Source of the DNA: Zancudomyces culisetae HAW-14-8
Lineage: Eukaryota; Fungi; Kickxellomycota
Assembly: GCA_052426225.1 (NCBI GenBank)
Contig: JBNJNM010000009.1
Location: forward strand, 434,001-498,000
Reading direction: 5' to 3'
DNA: 64,000 nt
This document shows positions 11,413-21,129 of this stretch, piece after piece (positions within the stretch are counted from its first letter, which is position 1; each line of letters begins with the position of its first letter). The notes beneath the pieces are model-generated. The model ran no database searches. It saw only the letters and a program-made list of their open reading frames with translations, and was not told the DNA's origin. The position numbers and the translations under genes were made by a program.

Positions 11413-13098
11413 TCCAAGACTCTTTTTTTCTTTTTTCTTTTTCCTTTTTTCTTTAATTTTATTGTATTCTATCTTTATTTTTTTTTAATAAAATTAAACT
11501 GGGGTTTTTATTTACTATGTATATACATTTACAACGTTGGTTAGTCTCTCTATACCTCCCGCCTATTGATTCTTTTTATCTATTCTTTTTATGTTTTCTT
11601 TATTTTATTTTTGCCCCTCCCCCTTTCTTTATACAATGATTGTTCTTTTCAACGATTGAATGCTGGAATCAAAATATTTGGATGTTTTTATTTTTCTATT
11701 TATATTTTCTACCACTTTAAAAATCGCAAAATACCAAGCTTTAAGTTTATTTACTTTTTTTTATTTTATCTTACTATTATTGGCAATAAATATTTCATGC
11801 AATTATTTTTTTTTTTACAACTTTTTTTATTATTAGACTTTTTATCGTTTTTCATATTTTCATATTTTCATGCTTTCATATTTTCATATTCGGATAATTC
11901 GGATAGTTCCTTACTCAAATGGATCGTTATAGTTTTTTTGGGTTTTTTTAGCCTTATATTTTATATTTTATTTTACCAAACTGAACATACTAATAGCTTT
12001 ATGCAAAAATAAGGTAAAATGATAATTAAAATTGCACGTGTGATTATAAATATAATTCCCTTTTATATTTCTGCATTTCTGAATCTCCCCAATAAAAAAA
12101 AGCACATGTTGTATCCATGTTAATGTAACCAAAGATATCTTTATTAACCAATAAATATTTCCCCCTCCCACCCTTCTTATACTCACCCTTATACTCATCC
12201 TTCCTCTTACTCCTCACTTATTTAACCTCTCATGTTTTTTTTATTTATATATACAGGGAGGAAGACGAAGGAATGAGGATGAGGATGAGTATAAGAAGAA
12301 GAAGGGCATAATATTTTGAATTACGAAAAAAAATATAAAAATCTTGTTGGTTCCGTTCAAACTAGTTTTTATCAAAAAAAAAAAAGAATTCTTTAGTTTA
12401 GGTTCCTTTTCATATTCATTCAATAAACCCAACCCCACTCTCCCACCTCTCCCACCCAAAAAAAAAAAAAAATTATCGTAATTCTAGTAAAGTGGCTATT
12501 TAAAAAAATAATCTTGTGAAAATTCTACATTTTTCCAAAAAAAAAAAAAACGAGTAAAAGAAATAATTTTCAAAAGCCAAATATTTCCAACGTATCAATT
12601 TGTATTTTTTTATATTTTTTCACCATGTTGGGTTGTATAATACATATATAATTTTTTTTTTTTACTTGGCATGTGATTTCTTGTATTTTAATGCATAGAA
12701 TTCATACGGATGTTTACTCGAATTAACAAGGGTGGGAAGGAAAAATATAAAGGAAAAAAAAGTGTAATTATTGCCGAGCTTGATATTTACAGTTAGTTAC
12801 ACCTTGAATGGGGAAGAGGGAGAATTAATTCCGTATTGCCCAAATATTATGTTTATATGATAATACCAAGTTTCTGTGTTTCTTTTTTTTCCTGAACAGT
12901 TCATTTTCAATTTTATCAAACACTGAGCACTATTAGCCTCAAATATAAATTGAAATTCTACCCCTTGAATCCTATCTTTATTAACACATTTATTACAGAT
13001 ATGCTATTCATCAGTCACAAGAATGAAGAGTTTATATTTATCATTAAGAAACTCTAATTAAACATCAAGATATAGATCAAAAAAAACCATAAACAGAT

Positions 13099-14148
13099 CT
13101 AAAATAGTAAAGCCAATACTGATGATAAGAGTATCACTAGCGTAAATCCAGTATTCTGGAAAATAACCGGAGAAGAAACAAAAACACCATAGCTTCCATA
13201 AGTCCATATATTAGTAATTGTTGAGTAATTGGGCGATTGTCGTGCAGTTGTATCTAATAGGTACGATTTTTCAAGTCCCGTGACATTTGCAATCCAGTCA
13301 ATGTAGCTATATACACGGGTAAAGTAATTTATTTCAACACTTCCCGAATCATCAAGTTGATCAGCATGGGAATGTCCTGTACTACTCGCGACACCAGCAA
13401 GTAAATTAGTCCCATTTTTTATGTACACCAAGGGGTTTCCACGATCACCATGTAATGAAGCTAAGAAATCCTTTCCTGTTGTACAGATTAGATTTTCGTT
13501 GTTGTCCGACCAGCTTTCACTGAGTTCTCTACAGAAATTTGAAGAGGATGGCGATTGATTAATACGGTGTAGTCAATAAATTGTTTCAGGTTGCATATAG
13601 CGTCGAACGTGATCCCATCCTGCTGTAACCAAATCCATATCATCCGCTACATTTCCACTGTATATCGCTACTGGTGTAGCAATGTCCTTTGATACCGGAG
13701 ATTCTAGTTCAATAACTGCAATATCATTTTCCAATGACTTTGGAGAAAACTCGGGATGAATATGCACCTTACGTGCTCCAAATACGCCAGTGCTGTTGTA
13801 ATTTGGTATCCCTTCGCTAATAATAACTTTTGTAGAATCAAGGTGTTTTGATAATTTACCTTTCCGGTCTAAGAAACAGCTAGCTGCAGTTACTGCAGTT
13901 TGATTAGATATTAGCAAAACACTGCAGTTTTCTCCCATGTTCAAGGCTCCAATATATGGAAAATCTTCTCTCTTTGCTTGTACCCAGCTTATCATTCTCG
14001 CATTGCCATGAATGTCACTTGCCCCGTTTTGTGGAGTTACAACATTCGAATATGCATTATTAACTGAGGAAGCATGTACATTGAGAATACTTCCAAGTGG
14101 TAAGGCTGTAATAATATTTTTCAAAATTGATTTCTTGTTCAATTTCAT
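13099..14148 (-). pseudogene. Trypsin-like serine protease homologue (non-catalytic) interrupted by one in-frame TGA at 13573-13575
   Basis: Signal peptide, VTAASC, HIHPEF, ENDIAVIEL, AGW, then after the TGA the same frame continues LHRINQSPSSSNFC...GDRGNPLVY...YFTRVYSYIDWI plus hydrophobic tail; colinear with 51535-52599. Confidence 0.8.
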
Positions 14149-14649
14149 CGTTGTTGTATACTGAGTCGTTAAGTATTTGTCCGATCGTTAAGGCCAAGTT
14201 AGGAAAGGGTGAAATTCGCAATTTTAAAGAAGGAAAACTGAACTACTTGAAATAACAACTAAAAAGTCGTTAGTTTTATTCAGTTATTGCCTTACATATT
14301 CACAAATGAAATCCATCTGTATTTTACTAATGATTAAAAACCCAAAAATGAATATACGTTGATGGATTTCGTAGTTTATTTGCCAGAATTGCTAGATTGG
14401 CTTTATAATCTTTTTTTTTTTCATGCAATCAAAAGTATTGCTCTAGTGTTTATCTTTTATAATTTCAAGCAATGAAATCCCAATACCAAAAATAAATAAA
14501 AAATTAGATTATAAAATATCCCAAATTGTGGAATATTTGCGAGTATTTTATATTTTTTTAGATGAATTTATTAAATTAATATCACATAAAACTACAAAAA
14601 AAAAATAATTCCACACCATATCAATCTACTCTATTCTTTTCTGTCTCTG

Positions 14650-14685
14650 CTATGAATTACACTCCCAGCAGGCGTTGATTCAAGG
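14650..14685 (+). repeat. Dispersed inter-gene motif, copy A
   Basis: ctatgaattacactcccagcaggcgttgattcaagg; upstream AT-rich ~80 bp also resembles 26011-26090. Confidence 0.55.
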
Positions 14686-14741
14686 CTATATACGACCAGA
14701 TAGACTAATTGATATTTCAACTAGTGATTTTGATTTTTGCA

Positions 14742-17700
14742 TTAACATGACCGCTTCACTTTTTTATACCCTCCAGTCCTATACTGACAAAACTCAATTA
14801 AATATTTATCATTTACTTCTTTCGCAATCCTCATGATTGATCTCCTGTGCACAGTTACATCAGCACCATGTTTAATCAACAGTTTGATTATTTCCTCATT
14901 TTCCTGCTCGATGGCCTCCTTCAACCCATAATCCCGGTTTAGCACCAAATTTGGATCGCTTTTAAACAAAAGTTTCAACATTTCCAGATTATCGTTTTTA
15001 CAAGCCTGGATTATTCCACTTTCACTTCCACTTTCTATTTTTGCTCCCTTTTCAAGCAATAATTTCAGGATTTCCAAATAGTTGCCCTTGCATGCCCAGA
15101 GAACATAGTTGGAATTGTTAAATCCCAAGGAAACAGTATATTTTAAAAGCAACATAACTGCTTCTATATTGTTTTCTTCAATGGCGGATCTAAGATAAAA
15201 TGAACTATTACTAATTTCTGGACAGTAGAAAAGTAATAGTTCCAATATTTCAGTATCATCTAGAATGGAATACCCTAGAAAAAATGTTTTATCTCTTAAC
15301 TTTGCGCCATATTGCAATAACAGTCTGATTATTTCAATATTATTTGTGTAGAGTGCCGCAATTATAGCTATATAGTCATCTTTAACACTTATTCCATTCT
15401 CCAAAAATAATTGCACCATTTCGAAATTTTCATTTTTTATTGCAAATTTCAATAGTTCAGGATCATTGTTGAGATCGATCTTGTAAGCTAGTAGGAGTTT
15501 CAATATTTCAATATTATTTGCTCTAGCTGCTTCCTTTATACCATTTACCAAATCACTATTCTGGATAGCCTCACCCTTTTCAATTAATACCTTGGTGATC
15601 ATGTATTCTTCAGAACGATCAGGGTTTTCATCATCCAACCAAGAAACATTCTTTGTCTCTCTTTTCTTTGAGCTTGAGTTATCTTTTCTTTCCAATACTC
15701 CTAAACTGTCATAATGCTCCAGAGTCGTTTTTACCAATTCAATATTTTCAGTCATGCATGCATATTCCAATTGGTGATGACGAACACCCTTTATCACAGC
15801 ATTATTATCCAATAGATATTTCAGTGTTCTCTTGAGACCCAATTTACATGCGATTCTGACTCCATTCCGCTCTGGGTCGCTTAAATCTACTCCACTTTCT
15901 ACCAGCCATTTAACCATATTGAAACTACCAAGTAAACATGCCATGCTAATACAATCATACTCTGAATTCTTGGGTACCACACCACCATTCCTAATCCAGT
16001 GCTCCAACACCTCAACTTTATCTGATTTACACGCTTCTTCAAAACCACTCGATTCTTCATTCAGTTTTGCACCCTTACTAATAAAGTAATTTATCCAGTC
16101 AATATCACCAGCTTTATATGCTGTTCTTAAGACCAAACTATCGTATGAATTAATATCAATTCCATAATCTATCAATAGTTTCAGTATTTCAAAGTTTCGG
16201 TTGATTAATTCTGATTTTGCTTGCTCGTAGTGTCTATCATTCAACACCTCTGCATTTTTCTCGTATCCGAATTCGTTAATTTCGTCAAATTGAGTGTCGT
16301 CGAATGTGCTTTGTAGATTATTCTCAATAACGTATCTAATAATTTCAACTAAGTTATCAAGACATGCACTTTTAGCGTGGTTTTCGCGAATAGAGTATAG
16401 ATTATTTCCAAAAAGCGATTCACATGCGTAATAAATGCGCTCAGTCCTGGAATATATAATCTCTATAACTCTCTCATATATATCCACATGCTTTAGAAAC
16501 CCATCAAAATCAACATTGTTATCTGGATAGTATTGATCATAGGACTGACAAACTTCAATAAGACATAAAATTGTTTTATTAAATTTTAGCCTTGTACCAG
16601 CCTTGCTTTCCGTTTCTGAATCATTGGGTTTAGTCTTGTCCTCACTTAACAGTTTTAATAGACGCGTTATTATTTCACAATTCTTTATTTTACATAACTC
16701 TTGAATCCCTTGTGGAGCTTCCAAACCAATAGAAGAATCATGTTCCAATAAAAATCTTAGCATATCCATATTTCTGTTTTTGCTTGCAATTCTTATTCCC
16801 TTAAACTCGGGTGATTTTAAATCCGCTCCAGATTCGATAAGTAATTTGGCAACTTTGATGTTTCCAGTTTGTACTGCGTACTCTAGGCAGTGAACACTTG
16901 CCAAATTGGAGTATTTGTTGATGATTCTTTGTGCCAGCTTATAGTCGTTTTTGTATATAGCTATTTTCATTGCATTTTCGTCTAAATCACCTTTCAGTTT
17001 ATAGTTGATTCTTAAAAGATATTTTATAAGGTCGATATTACCATTTCTGTACGCCAACTCTGTTATTTTTTTAATATTTTCTGAGTTTGATCCAGATTTA
17101 AACAAGTATTTCTTGAATAAACTCTCCCTATTAAGATGTATCGCTACATCGAACAATATCTGAATGTGTCTACTACTACTAGAGTAGTTCTTTTCAAGGT
17201 ATGATATAAACTTTTTTTTATCACAGAGAATTGATTGATACGCACATAGTGTAAAGTTCAATAATACCATCTTATCTGTATTGTCATCATCCCTAATAAA
17301 AGTATAAAATTCATAATCAAAGTGTGACCCGCGAGCATCATTAATCGAATCTAAATTCTGAACAGAAAAGTTTGTGCAGATTTCTAAATCCAGAACCCTT
17401 TTAAAGAACCCAAGGTTGTTCAACCGACAACTTTGACGCCCAGCCACCAAAACACATGATATCATAAATCTATCATCAACACACCTAATACCTCTTTCAG
17501 TAGAACCACATATCTCTGGAGGAAACTCAAATTTGGTGTTGCAGATATCTATTAGCATTTCGACGCCGTTTTCCTCGGCTATAGCATTCATTCCCCAAAG
17601 CAAAAGCTCTGAAACCTGGTTAACCCTGAATAGTGATCTAATATAATGAGAATCGGTGATTTCAATATCAGCCACTTCTCTCCGTGATTTGCTTTCTTCT

Positions 17701-18158
17701 GAGAGTAAATTATCAATATCAATATCTAGGTACTCGTCCTCGTTCATAAATAAAGTACCCCTATGTAAAATCGTTGATGTACTTCTATTGATCACCACGT
17801 ACATCTTGAGCAATCTGTTTAGAACATTCCTCCACCTAAAATCGAATGCCATATCTAGTACTTTTTCGTAGTTCAGGTCTTTGAGTTTTCTCAAAACCAG
17901 TATTCCAACTGCCTCATTAGCTCCGATTCTTGTGTGTTTATCGAATAGATATCTCAACCACCATATATAGTCACTTTCTATGTTGTATAAGACATATTGG
18001 AGAATGTACTTGCTAACAACATTATCTTTTTGTGAGATATGGTGCATATTTTTGTTCAAAAGCGATAGTTGAGGATTTTGAGCAAGTGCGAATATGGTTG
18101 ACAGGATACTTGCTGGAAGTTTGTTGAAAAGATTGTTGCCTTTGTTTTTGATACCCAT
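14742..18158 (-). CDS. F-box-like / ankyrin-repeat protein (1138 aa)
   Basis: N-terminal FNKLPASILSTIFALAQNPQLSLLNK (F-box-like); many ankyrin repeats (AVQTGNIKVAKLLIESGAD, ACKGNYLEILKLLLEKGAK). Confidence 0.85.
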   Translation of the reverse strand: MGIKNKGNNLFNKLPASILSTIFALAQNPQLSLLNKNMHHISQKDNVVSKYILQYVLYNIESDYIWWLRYLFDKHTRIGANEAVGILVLRKLKDLNYEKVLDMAFDFRWRNVLNRLLKMYVVINRSTSTILHRGTLFMNEDEYLDIDIDNLLSEESKSRREVADIEITDSHYIRSLFRVNQVSELLLWGMNAIAEENGVEMLIDICNTKFEFPPEICGSTERGIRCVDDRFMISCVLVAGRQSCRLNNLGFFKRVLDLEICTNFSVQNLDSINDARGSHFDYEFYTFIRDDDNTDKMVLLNFTLCAYQSILCDKKKFISYLEKNYSSSSRHIQILFDVAIHLNRESLFKKYLFKSGSNSENIKKITELAYRNGNIDLIKYLLRINYKLKGDLDENAMKIAIYKNDYKLAQRIINKYSNLASVHCLEYAVQTGNIKVAKLLIESGADLKSPEFKGIRIASKNRNMDMLRFLLEHDSSIGLEAPQGIQELCKIKNCEIITRLLKLLSEDKTKPNDSETESKAGTRLKFNKTILCLIEVCQSYDQYYPDNNVDFDGFLKHVDIYERVIEIIYSRTERIYYACESLFGNNLYSIRENHAKSACLDNLVEIIRYVIENNLQSTFDDTQFDEINEFGYEKNAEVLNDRHYEQAKSELINRNFEILKLLIDYGIDINSYDSLVLRTAYKAGDIDWINYFISKGAKLNEESSGFEEACKSDKVEVLEHWIRNGGVVPKNSEYDCISMACLLGSFNMVKWLVESGVDLSDPERNGVRIACKLGLKRTLKYLLDNNAVIKGVRHHQLEYACMTENIELVKTTLEHYDSLGVLERKDNSSSKKRETKNVSWLDDENPDRSEEYMITKVLIEKGEAIQNSDLVNGIKEAARANNIEILKLLLAYKIDLNNDPELLKFAIKNENFEMVQLFLENGISVKDDYIAIIAALYTNNIEIIRLLLQYGAKLRDKTFFLGYSILDDTEILELLLFYCPEISNSSFYLRSAIEENNIEAVMLLLKYTVSLGFNNSNYVLWACKGNYLEILKLLLEKGAKIESGSESGIIQACKNDNLEMLKLLFKSDPNLVLNRDYGLKEAIEQENEEIIKLLIKHGADVTVHRRSIMRIAKEVNDKYLIEFCQYRTGGYKKVKRSC

Positions 18159-18820
18159 TGTGCTATGGATTTAATTATTCTTACTTTTATCTTCAATTTG
18201 ATAAGTTTGTTATGTGCTAAAGTAATGTGATCAAAATGAACAAGGTCCGAAAAGCAGAAGTGTATTGGTTTTTTTATACTATTTATCTGATTTTTTTGAT
18301 TTATTCATTTATTTTTTAGGTTTATGATTTAAATGATCGTTTGCTGCGTAATTTGAAATAACCAGCAGTTATTTGAAAATTATTGGATACATTTCAAGAT
18401 TAAACATCAAACCAGAGTGCAAGACCATTTTCAGACCAATAGCTTTATTTACTGCTGGATTTCAAGATGGAAATGTTAATGGATCAATAAGTAATATTTT
18501 TTCTTTATTATAAGACTCATTTAATGATAAAGAAAAACAACCAGGATAGGAAACGAGAATAAATAACGAGCTTTCCAAAATAAACATTATATTTTTGCTA
18601 TAATCTATCAGGCTAATGTATATTTCTTATCATTTTTGTTGTTCTCATAACCCGACATGGTTTTTATAGCTCTGGGTTATGATTACCAATGCTCAATTAT
18701 CCTTTTTACCGAGTCAACAGGTTGAGGAGATATAAGCATAGGAATCACTGTGGGTGTTTACGTAGGGAGTTTTTTTTTGATATTGCGATACTGTTCCAAA
18801 AGAATAAATTAATATCTATC

Positions 18821-18883
18821 TAATCAACCCCCCCCCCCTTTGTCACTCCAAGAACTTCATACCCACCGGAAGTTAATGCAAGG
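18821..18883 (+). repeat. Dispersed inter-gene motif, copy B
   Basis: taatcaa-C-run-tttgtcactccaagaacttcatacccaccggaagttaatgcaagg; prefix shared with copy D. Confidence 0.7.
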
Positions 18884-19109
18884 AGTATATATTAAAATGT
18901 TACTACAATTATTAAATTTCAATCTTGTGAATTTTGGTAAATTATTTTGGAAAGTAATAAAGTATTCAAAGTATTTAGATTTTTGCTTTTTTACAATATT
19001 GAATAACTTTCAAACAAAAACAGATGTGTTGTCGGTAATAAACAATATTTAAAAGGCTCAAAAACTAAAATAAATATCTATAAACTGTATTGGTGTTATG
19101 AGTAGATCA

Positions 19110-19580
19110 TTAACTGCGGCGACTGTTAGCAGTATTAATTCCACTGGCCAATCCACTAACTGCTCCGTTAATCAAGTTTCCTAAAGCACCACTGAATGGA
19201 AGAAAGCTAATGACGCTAGATACAAAGTTTCCTACTACGTTACTTTGTGCAACCCCGTTAGCAATTCCACCGAGTATGTCGTTTAAGCGAGCTTTTTCCT
19301 CAGGAGTCATATCAAAAATGCCACGATCAGAAAGTTCAGCCGCTCTAGCGTTTCGAAGCATTGAGCGTTGAGCACCATGTGGAAGTCCCGCCATACCTGA
19401 TGATGCTGACGCTGCTGCTGCTGCTGCTGCTGCTGCCACTACTGCTGCTGCCAATTGTTGGTTCTGGTATGCATTTGCAGCTGGATTTCCATACTTTCCG
19501 ACTGGCTGGGCAACTGGTGTGGCATTTGCAGCGAGCATTACACATGTAACTGATACTCCTGCTAATGTGATCTTTACCAT
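19110..19580 (-). CDS. Small secreted protein, Ala-rich pro-region and Gly-rich hydrophobic C-terminal domain
   Basis: Signal peptide (ANA-TP), poly-Ala, ELSDR-GIFD, amphipathic Gly/Ser/Asn-rich tail. Confidence 0.8.
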   Translation of the reverse strand: MVKITLAGVSVTCVMLAANATPVAQPVGKYGNPAANAYQNQQLAAAVVAAAAAAAAASASSGMAGLPHGAQRSMLRNARAAELSDRGIFDMTPEEKARLNDILGGIANGVAQSNVVGNFVSSVISFLPFSGALGNLINGAVSGLASGINTANSRRS

Positions 19581-20717
19581 TTCTTCTTAGTTTTGTTTTG
19601 TTTTAATTTTATTATTGGTATCTCGAAAAAAGAATGATGCTTTTTATGCTGATAATGTTATTTTAACTGCAGTTGATGATGTTATTGATGATCTTGTGTA
19701 TATGGACAACAGATCATGATTTATATACTTTTTTTTTCATTGCATTCTACTAAACCGATAAAAATTATTTACATTTTAGCTTAACCACAGTAAATGATGA
19801 AACAATATTTTCTCTATTTTTATAACCCTGATTCTAAAATAGAACTATAAAGTCAAAATATTTTTCTATCTTTTTACGCAAAATAGTGTAATTGAATACA
19901 TGAATATTTAGAAATGGCTTAAAATATAATTAATCAAGTGTATTGCATAATATATTAGATGTATTGGTAAATAGAACAGAAAAAAAATCACATAAATAAA
20001 TTTTCTCCATTGAACCCTTCATTCGCTTCCTCTCTATACACAGAAGTGGATCGCTAAACCTTACAATATTTTTCCACTTCCTATAACGATATTTTTGGGA
20101 GAAATGAGGTTCTAGAACAATCCTAAACATAATTTTACTTTTTATTAGTCCTATTTTTATATTTTTGGCACAAAAAGTATTCAGGAATATAGTACATATA
20201 TCAGAATTGAACTATAAAACCACTTTTCATACTAACACAAGATTGAGTTATCATTGATATATTGTGTTGTTACCTACAATAGTAATCCACAATAATTATA
20301 ATAAACTCAAATTAGATAAGCTGATTGAGGGACAAAGATAATTAACAAATGAAATAGGATGCTAATGGTTTTAATTAGAGAGTTAGTATAGAAAATATAG
20401 TAGTAAATAAAGATACAAAAAAAATTGCAATACAACAACATTTATTATTACCACATTTGCATATAGCATAATAAGATTAATCTCTCCACCTGTCACTTCT
20501 CAAGATCTCGTTGTGTTATTTTTTTAATGTTTATTATTAAATACTCTGATAATTATTTAAAAAATAATAAATGCCATACCAATCAACATCACATAATTAT
20601 ACTGAATATCGGTATTTTCCAATACATTTTGTAATTCCATTTTTTTGATAGATGAGTTTATCAAGTAAATATCAATAAAAGCATAAAAAATATCCATAAA
20701 ACATCTATCCGACTGCG

Positions 20718-20741
20718 TACCCACCGGGAGTTGGTTCAAAG
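20718..20741 (+). repeat. Dispersed inter-gene motif, copy C (3' half; a 5'-half-like piece at ~20478-20508)
   Basis: tacccaccgggagttggttcaaag. Confidence 0.6.
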
Positions 20742-21129
20742 AAGTCGTTTCCGTTCTGAGTTGAACTAAAATTTGCACACTCGTCCTACAGACTCTATCC
20801 AAGAAACTAGCTGTTCCGAGTCGAGCAATAGTACTTCGGTTTCCCTCTTCTTAGAGGAGAGAAAACCCAACCTTTTTGACTCTTCTCCAAGGAGATCACC
20901 CTACAAAAAAAAATATGCCATACTTCAACTCTTGTATCAGTTACTTCTGGGATGGGTTCCAGAATCGATAACCGCAGTGCTACTTATCTTGTACAGTCAA
21001 AATAATGTGTTCAGCTACTTTTTGCCGGTAAAAACTACCAGTCATTGATTAATAAAGTATATGGTGTCTTTATATCACTACTTTAACACATTTTGTTGAA
21101 AAACATTTGTTCAAACAACTCATAAGCAC

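Noticed and set aside
11566-12459. Phe/Leu/Ile-rich ORFs; similar ones at 26677, 29983-31190, 43237-44362
   Set aside because: Products of T-rich intergenic DNA, non-ATG starts, no recognisable motifs
13573-13575. Selenocysteine or genetic-code reassignment of TGA
   Set aside because: The TGAs align with Met and Arg, not Cys or Trp; no SECIS evident by eye; TGA is the normal stop of YSH1, the cyclin and the zinc-finger gene. SECISearch would settle it.
15832-16089. Conserved 85-aa ORF found three times (also 21766, 55587)
   Set aside because: Antisense shadow of the near-identical ankyrin patch
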